A stretch of 64,000 nucleotides of DNA from Bugula neritina (taxonomy: Eukaryota; Animalia; Bryozoa), in contig OZ037771.1 of NCBI GenBank assembly GCA_964035545.1, positions 6,419,190 to 6,483,189 of the forward strand. The letters are read 5' to 3'. Shown here in pieces: positions 49,501 to 60,700 of this stretch (positions are counted from its first letter, which is position 1; each line of letters begins with the position of its first letter). A program made the translations under genes and the position numbers. A model generated the notes under the pieces. It was not told where the DNA came from. It searched no databases and saw only the letters and a list, made by a program, of their open reading frames with translations.

Positions 49501-52500
49501 CGACACTTAAATCCTCGAATTTTTGTATATTTAAAGTTTTCAAAACTTTGAAGGTTTTATAAACTAATTTTTATTTCTATTATATGGAACCTCACTTTGC
49601 CATCTTTAAATTTTCCTCTTTACTCAAATTTATTTATACTATGATCAATAATTGTATATTAGTAAAAATTGCATGAGGCAATAATACATTTATCACATCA
49701 TAGTGTGATATTACTCGTGTTCAATATTGTTAGTCTGTAAGACAAACTCATGCAGATAGTTAAACTAACAACAGTACCACTACATAAATAATTAGAAATA
49801 GAGGGGACAACTCTTTTAATTTTTTTAAATTTATTCAATTGCTCATGTGACCCAAACATAATGCACATATCACATGGTCTCTGTTATTTAGAATATGCTG
49901 TAACAAGTTGAAATACAACTACACAAGCAAGCTGATTATATAATAGTGTTGTTTTTAGGTGATCAGTAGAATATTTTATACCGTCAACAGCTCGTGGTCT
50001 GGTAAACTATCTCTAGCAGAGTTACGGAGGAGTAATTTACTGCAGGTAAACGAGTTAAACAGTCTCAATGCAGTTGTCTAGTTGTGTGGGAATCGCTTAT
50101 AGATTGAGTTTGAAAGGCCTTTAATGAGGTACAAATGAGTATAACACTTTCCAGCAGGAACACTAGTTGGAGTTGTATGCCCAGGCGTAATATAAATACT
50201 GTAACCATCCTGTTTTAGGCTATTCTCTTGTTGGAGGAAGAAGACGATATAAACCAAATCACAGACTATTTTTCCTATGAGCATTTTTATGTAATATATT
50301 GTAAGTTTTGGGAGCTGGACAAGGACCATGATTTATTTATCGATAAAGATGATTTATCCCGTCACAACGATCATGGTACGGCATGCATTTATATTGACTT
50401 ACGCTATTTTATTCTAGTTTCTAGTATGTAGTTTTAGTTAGGAAAGTCTAAAAAAATGTAATCATCTGTTAAGCTTATTTATCATATAGATAACGTATTA
50501 CCTTCATTAACTTATACGACCATATCATGGTATCTTGTTGCTGGTACTATTTCAGTAAATTCGCACTAAAATTGTGCATACAATTTTTGATTAATTTTTT
50601 TTTATAATTTTATTAAAAAGTCTATCAAGATGAGTTCTTTTTTAATTTTTGGGAATGTAAGGTTAGGATGCTTTACCAGCTGTACATGAGGTTTGATTAG
50701 GAGAAAGTCTCTTTGCAAACCAGCAAAACGTTTCGTTTATTTTCAGTCATGTTTTCCCTCTACAGAAAACTATTATGTTGTTACATTACCATGTGCCAGT
50801 GGGGTGTGATACAAGATTATATTGGTGATGTTGTAGCCCTGTCCAGTAGAATAATAGAGAGAATATTTTCTGGTGCTGTTACAAGGAATAAGCAATGCGG
50901 AAAGATGAGTTACACTGACTTTGTAGCTTTCCTACTATCAGAAGAAGACAAGAAAACTGATAAAAGGTAAAATGATGAGTTGCTAGTGATAGTTGGTGTC
51001 GCTAGCTGTTAAAATACTAGTGTATTCTGCGTTACCAGAAAATGCTACTAGTGTATTCTGTGTTACCAGAAAATGCTAATCAAACTAGTTGCGTCAGTCT
51101 ATAAGTCTAAGTTGAGAGAACAGTTGGGACAGGGTGGTGTTTGCTAAATGTTGTGAAGTAGTAGAAACGTTGTGTAAAAGTGAAGCTTAGTGTACTTTTT
51201 CTCATTCAACTCTATAAAATATAATACAAGTTTATATGTATAAGCCTTACTTTGCAGTATACTGTATATATTTTAGACATGGTTTTACTTTTCCTAATTA
51301 TCTTTTTTCATTCTATAATATCTTTTTGCAGCATTGAGTACTGGTTCAGGTGTATGGATTTAGACGGAGATGGGTTTATCTCCATGTATGAAATGGAGTA
51401 TTTCTACGAGGAGCAGGTGCAGAAGATGGAGGAGATGGGAATAGACCCTCTGCCATTCTATGACTTGTTGTGTCAGGTGAGGGCTATATGTCGGGTAATA
51501 TCAAAATAGATCAAGAGATTTATAGTATAGAAAGATAATTTCAATTTTTACACTCTTTCCTTTACAAAATGTTTCTAGTTCCCTATGTTCATATTTAGGT
51601 AATGTTGTGTAGTTAATATTGCATTCATGTGTAGGTACTGTTGTAGTCATGTGTAGGTAATGTTGTACTCATGTGTAGGTACTGTTGTACTCATGTGTAG
51701 GTACTGTTGTACTCATGTGTAGGTACTGTTGTAGTTATGTGTAGGTACTGTTGTAGTTATGTGTAGGTACTGTTGTACTCATGTGTAGGTACTGTTGTAC
51801 TCATGTGTAGGTACTGTTGTACTCACTATTATTTGCAGATGCTAGATCTGGTTAGCCCCAAGCTGATAGACAAGGTCTCGCTGTCGGATTTGAAAAGCTG
51901 TAAGCAAGCATACATATTCTTTGATACGATGTTCAACTTGGAGAAGTACTTGGATCATGAGCAGAGAGACCCATTCGCTAATAGTAGAGTAAGTTCAAGG
52001 TCAACTCTCTTCCTAGTAACTACGTCGCTATTGACATTGAGCGATATTTAATTTCTTGGCTTCCCGGCATCGTATTCCACGAGATTGGTCAGCATTTTTT
52101 ATCACTTCCTGTTTAGGATATCGAGCTGGAAGGTCCAGAGCCGTCAGACTGGGACAAGTTTGCGAGTGAAGAGTACGAGTTGCTGGTAGCGGAGGAGAAT
52201 GCTAATGAGGAGCAAGAGTGAGTGTCTACTGTATAGTATCTTATTAAACTGCTTTTCTCATCTCTGTCAGAGTAAGATATCATTGCAAATTTAAAGCTCT
52301 GCTTTTCGGCTACTTATAATTTCGTGGCTGCCAATACTTTATGTTGAGATGTCAAGCCCCATATGCCTCTTACTCGTCCTTCACTGGTTGAGTCTTGTCA
52401 TCAAGTTATATGTTTTGTTTGTAAGCTTTCAATCTTGGTCAAGGAGTTATATGTTAAATGAGTCATGGGTAATTTTACTTAATTTAGTACACACTAGATA

Positions 52501-54564
52501 TCCTCAGTTTTTAGCTTTTTTTTACCATTTAACTGCTAATGAACATAGGTTTTTGATCGAAATCAGTAAAACGCCAATAAATACATCTAAATAATCAAAG
52601 TTCTTTTTAATTTCGCTTCATTTCCCATGTTTTTTCCTAATTATTCAGCTACTTTTGGTTGCGGACCGTTACGGTTTTTCCGTAACGGTCCGCACTCCTT
52701 ATAAGCTAAATAAATAAGAAAAAACATGGGAAATCAAGCAAAATTAAAAAGAACCCTAATTATTTAGATGTATTTATTGGCGTTTTACTGATTTCGATCA
52801 AAAACCTATGTTCATTAGCAGTTAAATGGTAAAAAATAGCTAAAAACTGAGGATATCCAGTGTGTACTAAATTAAGTAAAATGACCCTCATTGTTTGTGT
52901 AGTGGCGAGTATGAAGATTACTATGATTATGTAAGTTACTTGTGTGGCCCACACCTACTCCTTTTAGCTACTCCCAGCATGGTAGTGTGACAACTCCTAA
53001 GAGCAAATAGATTGCGGAGTGGAGAATTCAGATCTAACTAAACTGAGCTTAAATATTTATACATTAATTTATCTGTTGTCAATAGTAGGGCCCTTTTTCA
53101 ATAAAGGAGTTTTGTTAGCCTGACAAAGAGTGAAATTTCAGAACATCATAGGTGAATTATTTAAAAAAATCAAAAAATTGTCTTTCTTTTTAGTCTTCAG
53201 AGGCTAATTTTTGGTTTTTTCAAATCAATACATTGCTTTTCATTCAAATGTCAGTAAATACTATAAAACCATTTATAACTTTTCATGCACTGAGCTAAGC
53301 TTTCTATTGGAATATTAATTACCGAAGGAAATCTTCTTCTTTAGTAATTGATTTTGTATTACATACAAAATTGTCAAAAAACTGATGTCATGTCTAACGT
53401 GAAAGCGTCTAATAATATAAGATATATGCTATATAGAGAACATTTTAATGGCAAAATTGCTTATTTTACAGCATTTGAGTCGTAGTTATGTTGTGACAGG
53501 TTCTACTTGTGTTCTCCACCCACTCTGTTTGGTCTTTTGGTGAATGAGTTGACTGCATGTGGCTTAGTAATAAATACAACTACTAGTACCAATATTTACA
53601 ACTACTAGTACCAATATTTACAACTACTAGTACCAATATTTACAACTACTATTACCAATATATATTTCCATCACTACCAATATATGCAATGAGTATTGCC
53701 TAATACAATTAATAAATACAACTAACACAAGTAAATATCACTACTACCATCACATATAGTTACAAAATATAGTTACTGATCCCCTGCATGTATGCTAACT
53801 GGTGATGCACTTGTCCCGCTGGAGTAGACAGTCAACTACTGCTGCTTTTACTCTGAAATATTTAGACAATTCAAACATTTTACATTCAGACCAGACAACA
53901 CATTTAATACATTTTAACTACAATCATGTGTATGCTTATGAATATATCTTTATCTGGGGAAGACTTGCTGGACAGTGTATTTTATAGTAAGGAAACCATC
54001 TTACTGTTTTAACAACTTATCTACTTTTAAATATTTTCTTATAGCCACCAAAATTATATAATTGTACAAATGAATTGTATTTTGGGAACTAACAACTGTA
54101 GATGAGTGTGGAATTACTTTTAGTAGAAATTCTTAGTGTGAGAAGTTGTGAAATAAATTATTTTAATTAAAAATTATAGAAGTGAGCTAATAAAATTTTT
54201 ATTTCTTTGCTCTTTAGAAGAAGTTAACCCACTTTTAGTTCTTTTAGTTTAAGAATGGCATAACTCTTTACCATAATAGTAGAAATGAATATTAATTTAA
54301 CATCAAATAATGCATCTTCTTGTTTAAATGATTTGCTGATCAGCGATTTCATTGATTTCTGCTGCCAGAAACTAACCCGAGCTCCGCGTGTTCTGCAGGT
54401 CGTTTGACTACGAAGATGACTTTGAAGGGGAAGGCGAGGAAGAGATCTCCTCCCCACAAGAGCCAGTCAAGTCGGCCTCTCCGGAGCCCGTGGGGCAGAA
54501 TCGGCGAGATCATCGGCCCAAGTCGGCCAAACAGAGTAACAGTGCAGACGAATCTGTATCTTGA
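40528..54564 (+). CDS. PPP2R3B: Serine/threonine-protein phosphatase 2A regulatory subunit B'' (PR70/PR72 family); spliced CDS
   Basis: Exons 40528-40668, 41130-41297, 44308-44514, 45376-45479, 48228-48330, 49164-49238, 49959-50045, 50219-50375, 50837-50966, 51332-51476, 51839-51988, 52117-52217, 54399-54564. N-terminus LKPVLRYKIDELFMKW resembles the PR70 N-terminus; IPPFYFPLG (FYF motif), HPGLQFL, FSYEHFYVIYCKFWELDKDHD, EF-hand YWFRCMDLDGDGFISMYEMEYFY, DWDKFASEEYELL. Co-orthologous to PPP2R3A/B. Confidence 0.95.
40861..41072 (+). mobile_element. tRNA-derived SINE, young copy with perfect 15-bp TSD
   Basis: TSD atatactttgagtag at 40846-40860 and 41073-41087; B box GGTTCGAACCC; colinear with 15017-15228. 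Confidence 0.88.
42200..42808. repeat. 20-bp minisatellite (gtagtgtagggagatagtgt)
   Basis: About 30 tandem copies; explains ORF 42177-42848. Confidence 0.95.
42993..43583 (+). CDS. Candidate alternative N-terminal coding exon of the PP2A B'' gene
   Basis: 197 open non-repetitive codons in an AT-rich intron (ATG at 42993 or 43110), ending in a phase-0 donor GAG|GTAAAT that joins the 44308 exon in frame. Confidence 0.6.
46497..48038. repeat. 1.5-kb 20-bp satellite (cactactctgtagtctcact)
   Basis: About 77 tandem copies in a PP2A B'' intron. Confidence 0.97.
49226..49385 (+). repeat. Tandem duplication of a splice-donor region (tatacattgt|gtaag), 4 copies
   Basis: The first copy is the real donor at 49238. 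Confidence 0.8.
51625..51825. repeat. 21-bp minisatellite (catgtgtaggtactgttgtac)
   Basis: About 9 copies ending just before the 51839 acceptor. Confidence 0.9.
52467..52887. mobile_element. Foldback / palindromic MITE
   Basis: ~185-bp near-perfect inverted arms plus a central perfect hairpin tgcggaccgttacgg-tttt-ccgtaacggtccgca; flanked by TCAT at 52463-52466 and 52888-52891. Explains the matching ORF ends at 52349(+) and 52760(-). Confidence 0.88.
53575..53662. repeat. 21-bp tandem repeat (acaactactagtaccaatattt), ~4 copies
   Basis: Seen directly. Confidence 0.85.
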
Positions 54565-55073
54565 AATTGTGCCATCTGAAAATAGGTCACTAGTTTTGAG
54601 AATTAGGTCAAAGTCTATCACTTTGTAATGAACTTCACTATGCTTGGAGTCGTCTCTGCTTCTCAATGACTTGCAATGTTTTATAATGCTGCTGGGTTTT
54701 TAATGTGTTTTATAATAGCCTGTGATTGATAGCCTGTGTTACTGCTTGTTGCAAGTTGTTCTTTAGGAGAATGTTCGTGTTGTTTTGTAATCATTCCACC
54801 AGTCTTTATTTGACCCAATCTTTTTTTAATTATATAATAATTGTATATAAATTATTCAAATGGGCTTACAGTAACAAATTCATATATAATATAGTATAAT
54901 ATAATATGTAAGTGTCTGGTTGAAATTATATGATGAACTTTAGTTGTGAGTAGGCTGTGAGGACTATCATTGTTGCTGCTAGCTTATAATAATGGAGATT
55001 GTATATATAGTTTTATTTGTATTTAATCGGTCAGCTTGCTATTAATTAAATATTTCAAAGTATAATGTTTACT

Positions 55074-55079
55074 AATAAA
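55074..55079 (+). promoter_or_regulatory. Candidate PP2A B'' polyadenylation signal
   Basis: AATAAA ~510 nt after the stop. Confidence 0.4.
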
Positions 55080-56405
55080 TTATTGCCAACTAAATTATTT
55101 TACAAAATTTATTTAAAATTATGAATTTTAAAATGCCCGTAAAAGTCAACGCTATACAGAAGATGGTCATGGCTCGGCAGGAAAACATTAACCAGACATC
55201 ATTTAAAACGGGTTTTAGTACCAGTTAGTCAGTTCTCATGCAGTTCTGGACCTTCTAATCCCAAAAAATTTCTACCCCTTGGAACGTTATTGCTCATTTA
55301 GCTTTTTATGTCCTTTACACCCTTTCAACACAGTGTAAATTCATTTATTCTAATCATGTATACAGAGATGATAATAAACATTGAAAACGTATGAAAAATG
55401 TAGTTATTTTTTTTCATTGAAAAGCTACAATCGGTTATTAAAATAAAAAAGGCATACATACAAGAGCTTGAATAAAAAAATGAAAAGACACTTGATCTGA
55501 AAAATTAATAAAATGAAATTTAAGTTGCTGAGTTTGGCGTTCTCACATACTGGACTGTATAACTTGCAAGGTTTAAAGTACAGCTGAGAAGTGCCCACAC
55601 ACTAATATTACTCAAAAGGTTATGTTGATGCTTAAAATACTTTTTCTATTAATAGGAAAACCTGACCACTGTAGCAGTCAAAAGTCTAGTGAGTTACTCC
55701 ATGACAATTCAATATTCCACACCCCCCCCCCCCCACTATACATGTGTTCAATTGAGTTGCTAAAAAATAATGGGTGGATATTTTTTATTTACCCAAAACC
55801 TTTTGCTAAACATATAAGTTCCAAGGCTAAGAATTTGTGTTGCTACAACTATACTACTATCGGCTCCTATTGATAGTTGATGTATACTCCAAAGTCCAAT
55901 AACTGTTCTACTAGCAGATTTGGGTGTATGTGAATACAGAGCAGTAGTAGCTAGTATTACTAGCTTGATTTGCAAGCCTTACCACCTAAATGCTCTTATT
56001 AAAAAATTTACTACGAATTATTTTCTTTCCAGTTTCCAAAAATGTATTTTCTACACACTTGATTTTGAACGTGAATGATCTAAGTTCATGTTAGCTATGC
56101 TCACGCTGCATCCATCTCTAATCTATAACATTATTGTGAAATACCTATAATATGTTGTATGTTTGATTGCATACACCCTTCCTTATATGAACTAAATACT
56201 GCATGTAGTTATTATGAGACTCAACTTTTGCTAGAATATATTTTATTCTACTCAAACATTATTAAAAATTCCTTGTGTAGGAACAATTTAATAAATTGTA
56301 AGTTGTGTTCTCTAGTTATTAGACCGTGATGAAAAGATGAAAAACTCGCGCAGACTGTGTATGGTTACTATATAAACAAATTGAAGCCAACTGGAACGCA
56401 ATTTG

Positions 56406-56454
56406 ATGGAAAGTTATAGTCATCATAGGCTTAGCCCGCATGCCCATGGCCATG
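56406..56454 (+). CDS. Possible first coding exon of a fourth gene (MESYSHHRLSPHAHGH)
   Basis: ATG in a CpG-richer patch, followed by a G|GTATGC donor and the same periodic tract seen after the other gene starts. No homology recognised. Confidence 0.3.
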
Positions 56455-57081
56455 GTATGCCTCGCTCAGTCACTGTGCTCGAAATGTGTTCCAGTTCATT
56501 GGTGTGCCTTCTACCTCTTTGAGATTAGGCTACAGTCTTTGGCTTTAGTCTACACTACTTTTACCTTTTATTTTTAAGTAAAAGCTATATATACGTTAAA
56601 ATACCATTACTATTAGTTTATTAGTATTACCACTCTAAGTTTCAGTTTCAGTTTGCCATTCTCATTCTGATTCTCAATCCAATGCTAATTTTAATCATAA
56701 TGATAATGATAGTGATAATCAGAGTCATAATGAATAATGATGATGATGTTTAGTTCAATTATTATCAATATTATTATTAAAATTAAATTTTAAATTTAAT
56801 ATCATAATCAATATTATCGATTAAATTTAATAATAACGATTAATAATAATATAAATATTAATAATAATATTATAACTATAACTATAAATATATTGATAAA
56901 CACACTCAATCTCGTACTCATAGCCATAGTAGACGTAGTAGTGCTAGACCTAGTAGTCACACGATGTCACGATGCTCATCCTCATAGTCACTGTCAGTTT
57001 TATAGTGTAATCGATACTGATAGTCTTACTGATAACTGATGTTGATAGTCATACTGTTATGTTTTTCAGTTTTGGGGTTGA

Positions 57082-57358
57082 TGTGCCACCAAGAGAGTCT
57101 ATTTATCACTAGAGAAACTTCACCAGTTAAGTCGAGTAGATATCGTTATATTTAATACAAGAATACATAATAAAATCCAATGTACAACAGTAATGATACG
57201 CACGTCTATTTAATTTACAGCACTATCCTCAACTGAGCTAGTAGCGCGAAGCGGCTACTATTACTTATCAAACAGCCTAGCTAATTGGCTAATACATTGT
57301 TCCGGGTCAATACGCAACCTTGCGTATTGTGTTGCTGGTAGCTCCACGAGCCACCACA
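57082..57358 (-). repeat. 3' LTR (277 bp)
   Basis: Minus strand begins TGTGGTGG and ends GGTGGCACA (TGTG..CACA termini), immediately after the purine-rich tract GGAGGGGGCAG (plus 57359-57369). The second LTR and the TSD cannot be checked. Confidence 0.8.
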
Positions 57359-57631
57359 CTGCCCCCTCCAGCAGAAAGCCCACTTTCTGATAAAAATAAA
57401 ATTCACATAAAAAAAACGTATACGTCGTTGTGAGGGGGGTAAAATAACAGTATAAAAGTATATACAAAAAAAACAACAACTGATAAAAATATACAGGTAT
57501 ATATAACGTGCACACTAAGTAATAAGCAAGAGAAGGTCCTATCTACATGTAAAGTACGTGCCACCATTACGGTAGGGAATGCCACAGAGAGGTAGGGGAA
57601 TGAGTAGTATGGAGTTGTAGGTAGACTCGAA

Positions 57632-58703
57632 TTAACTGCGGGCCGCACGCTTCATGCGTTTAATAGACTCCTGTAAGTATTTGAGTTCACTGGATGCAGC
57701 CTGTACCCGTGGGGCCAGCCTGTACACTTCTTGCTCCAAGTCGTGCGCCCTAGCTTCCACTTCACGTAGGTTGCGGGTCCAGGGGGACGAGCGAGAGGAA
57801 GTCGGCTGTCTGTGTCTTTTCCGCTCTGAGGATGGAAGGGGAGGAGGGAGTGTATACGCATTTGTGTCTACCCTCTGTAGTACGACACGAGGAAAGGTAT
57901 GCGGCATGCGTAGAGGACTGTGGGGTGGAGAGTTAGTAGATTGGGTAGGTTTATCTGCGGCTCCGGAGATGATGGGTCGCGGGGAAGGGAAGCCTTGCTC
58001 CAGGCGAGATAGCCGAGCTGAGTCAGTGATGAGTGGTTTGATGGCGTTGAGAAAGGCAGGATAATGATTCGTCTACTTCATAGACATGCCCTTGATAACA
58101 CTGCATAGTACGTTGGTGCCGCAACAGGTAATCACGATTGTAGCTATATTCTCCGCAAGGGCAGAAAGTGGTGATGTAGTGTTGCGGCAAGTGTACTTTT
58201 AGTCTGCGGTGGGTCGTGAATCGCTGCTGGCAGAGGTTGCATTCACGATTACCCTCACCTCCTTGATGGGTCCTGATCTCTCTCTCTGTGGCAGGGGTAA
58301 TCCAGTTGGAGGTTGCTTCCAACTGGGGTGGCAGTTGCCTGGTTGTAGAAGTTGTTGGGGCCGGCTCTGAATCCCACGCCATCTCTAGAGAAGGCATGCC
58401 CGGAGAGACGGGCGCGAGTGTGTCTACAAAAGTAGAATTAGTGTTAGGTCGCGGTGGATCTTTACAACCTAATTCTAGTGACTGTCGACCGTTGCTAGCC
58501 TGAGAGTCACAGCTTTTGGAATGCACTCGAGGAACTGATGAATCATGTGTGGACTGACCAAGAACAGTGTCTAGCTCCAGGTCTAACAGACCATCGGCCA
58601 TTACAGTGTCTTCATCGTCATTCACATGAAACGTGGTTCCCAGTAATTCTGATTCAATCTGCTGAATTAGTTCAGAATATACTGGCATCGAGCCCGTTTC
58701 CAT
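57632..58703 (-). CDS. Gypsy extra ORF (ORF3): acidic/Pro-rich N-terminus, two C2H2-type zinc fingers, C-terminal coiled coil; one frame break near 58063
   Basis: CNLCQQRFTTHRRLKVHLPQH and CPCGEYSYNRDYLLRHQRTMQC; after a frame change near 58063 it reads YPAFLNAIKPLITDSARLSRLEQGFPSPRP..., open into ORF 57632-57907 (LREVEARAHDLEQEVYRL..LKYLQESIKRMK). Confidence 0.7.
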
Positions 58704-58720
58704 GAATAGGAATACAAGAC

Positions 58721-60700
58721 TTATACTGGCTTACCTGGGAACTCGGTATTAATGTCCATACTCAACGTTCTTGGTAAGGTTGGAGCTGGTTGTGAGATAC
58801 GTCTGCCTTTGGCGATGTCAGCATAAGAAAAGGCTGAGCATCGTTTCTGAGGCACGAGGTCGGAACTATTTGCTTTACGCGCATTAATTCCTCCCACTAT
58901 TCCGCCCTCGCAAAAGTTGATATTTGCGTGGGGTTCACAACTCCAACATTTTATCGTACGGTTTTCCCCTAGACTTTCATGTGTGCCGCTTCTAATGCAG
59001 TCACATACGAAGTCTTTCAAATACGGTGGGGGTTTCCTCGTACGCTGTCCCCTTTCTAGGGGGGGTGACACGCTTGCCGGTTCGTTAGTAGGGGCCTCTA
59101 ATGGCGTCTCTACTTCATCGTTAGCGGTCACCTCTTCTTGTTCTCCGGATGGAGCCCCTCCCTCTGTGGGGGTTTGCACTTCTGGAACCGGCTCAGTTTC
59201 TGGAAGTGATGGAATTAGACTTGGCGGTGGCGGACACGCTTCTGTTGACAAAAGCTGCCGCTCCTCTCTCACCAAGTTTTCCTCCCGCGGTATGACCACT
59301 TCGTATTCAGGTCCATGCCGCCGTCGCCCGCGCGTCGTTGTCTGCCTCCTGGGCTCTAACAACGGGGGGGCTTCTCCCACTCCGTCAGGGCTAGCCCAAT
59401 ACGGTTTCAAGCGAGACTCATTCTGGATAGACACCTGTCCTGAGCGCTCAATCTTGTACGTATGATTGGGCATAGCCTCGACGACCACGTAGGGGCCTAC
59501 GAACTTAGGCTTCAGTTTATCAGCCTGTCCGCGACGCCTACGGTAATTGACCATCCACACCTTATCTCCCGTTTGGTAGAGAGGTGGTTCATCGGAATCT
59601 TCGTGCCGCACCTTCCACTGCTGTTGATGCAGTATATCGTGTGCGGCCTTCATCCGTTCCACTAGTTCACTGGCATACTCGTGAACCGAGTTATCTTGCT
59701 CTGGAACGTGATAGGTGAGATGGTCAGGGACACGAGTCTCTCTCCCGAGCATCAAGAGGTTTGGGGTCTCACCAGTACTGGTGTGTGGGGTGCTACGGTA
59801 TGCACGCATGACTTGCGGCAACACCGTATCCCATTCCTCTTGACCTCGTCCAAGGAGGAGACTCCGGAGTGCATCACCTAGCATCCGGTTGTTGCGCTCC
59901 ACCACCCCGTTACCTTGAGGGTGGTAGGGGGTGGTCCTGCTCTGATTTACTCCCCAGAGGCGGCAAAGGTCGCTCATCAGTTGAGACTGGAATTGAGCGC
60001 CTTGATCAGAGTGTATCTGTTCGGGAAGCCCAAAATAACAGAATACATGTTGGTCTAGTGCCCTGGCCACTGTTGGGGCTGATGCATCTGGGATAGCCAG
60101 AGCATCCGCCCACCTAGTAAAGTGGTCGGTTAGTACTAGGATCCAATTATTGCCTCTGGGGGTCAGGGGCATGGGTCCGACCAGGTCTACAGCGACTACT
60201 TGCCAGGGCCTACCAGCATAGAGCCTCCGCCGTCCTGCTTCACCAGGGGGGCGGCTATGCTTACTGGCCTGGCAGATCTCACACTGTTTGACTCTGAGCC
60301 GGACGTCACGCTCCATCTGCGGCCAATACCACCGGAGTCGTAATTTGGATATCACTCGCTTGACCCCTGCGTGGGCCTGCTTGTGAGTATCCCAAATCAA
60401 CTCACGGCGGATGGCTGTGGGGCAGACTACCCTCTTCCTTTCCGGGTGTCTACCGCTGGCAGCTAGAGAGATGGTTAGCAACCCATCCTGCCCGATCCGC
60501 AGCGAGTCCCAACGCTGACAGTATAGCCGGAACTCGGCGCATCCCTGTCGTATGCGTTCTTCGCTGGGTCGTCGCCCTTCCCTTTTGGCCCGGTATATGT
60601 CTGCCACGACTCCAGGCAGCTCTTCTTGGAGCTTCTTCAGCTCTCGAACATTACCGGCCAGTACAGGGTTGGCGCGGAGGTTTTGTACATCCTCCAGGGA
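58721..60700 (-). CDS. pol: Gypsy pol: integrase segment with long C-terminal tail
   Basis: HKQAHAG...CEIC (HHCC), VAVDLVGP / IHSDQG / VERNNR (DDE), KFVGPY (GPY/F). The frame is open from ~60700 (VDESLEDVQNLRANPVLAG). Confidence 0.93.
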   Translation of the reverse strand, partial: SLEDVQNLRANPVLAGNVRELKKLQEELPGVVADIYRAKREGRRPSEERIRQGCAEFRLYCQRWDSLRIGQDGLLTISLAASGRHPERKRVVCPTAIRRELIWDTHKQAHAGVKRVISKLRLRWYWPQMERDVRLRVKQCEICQASKHSRPPGEAGRRRLYAGRPWQVVAVDLVGPMPLTPRGNNWILVLTDHFTRWADALAIPDASAPTVARALDQHVFCYFGLPEQIHSDQGAQFQSQLMSDLCRLWGVNQSRTTPYHPQGNGVVERNNRMLGDALRSLLLGRGQEEWDTVLPQVMRAYRSTPHTSTGETPNLLMLGRETRVPDHLTYHVPEQDNSVHEYASELVERMKAAHDILHQQQWKVRHEDSDEPPLYQTGDKVWMVNYRRRRGQADKLKPKFVGPYVVVEAMPNHTYKIERSGQVSIQNESRLKPYWASPDGVGEAPPLLEPRRQTTTRGRRRHGPEYEVVIPREENLVREERQLLSTEACPPPPSLIPSLPETEPVPEVQTPTEGGAPSGEQEEVTANDEVETPLEAPTNEPASVSPPLERGQRTRKPPPYLKDFVCDCIRSGTHESLGENRTIKCWSCEPHANINFCEGGIVGGINARKANSSDLVPQKRCSAFSYADIAKGRRISQPAPTLPRTLSMDINTEFPGKPV

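Noticed and set aside
52349-52954. Two convergent ORFs with nearly identical C-termini as duplicated genes
   Set aside because: Artefact of the inverted arms of the foldback element.
57632-58703. ORF3 as an env gene
   Set aside because: No signal peptide or transmembrane helix seen; contains zinc fingers instead.
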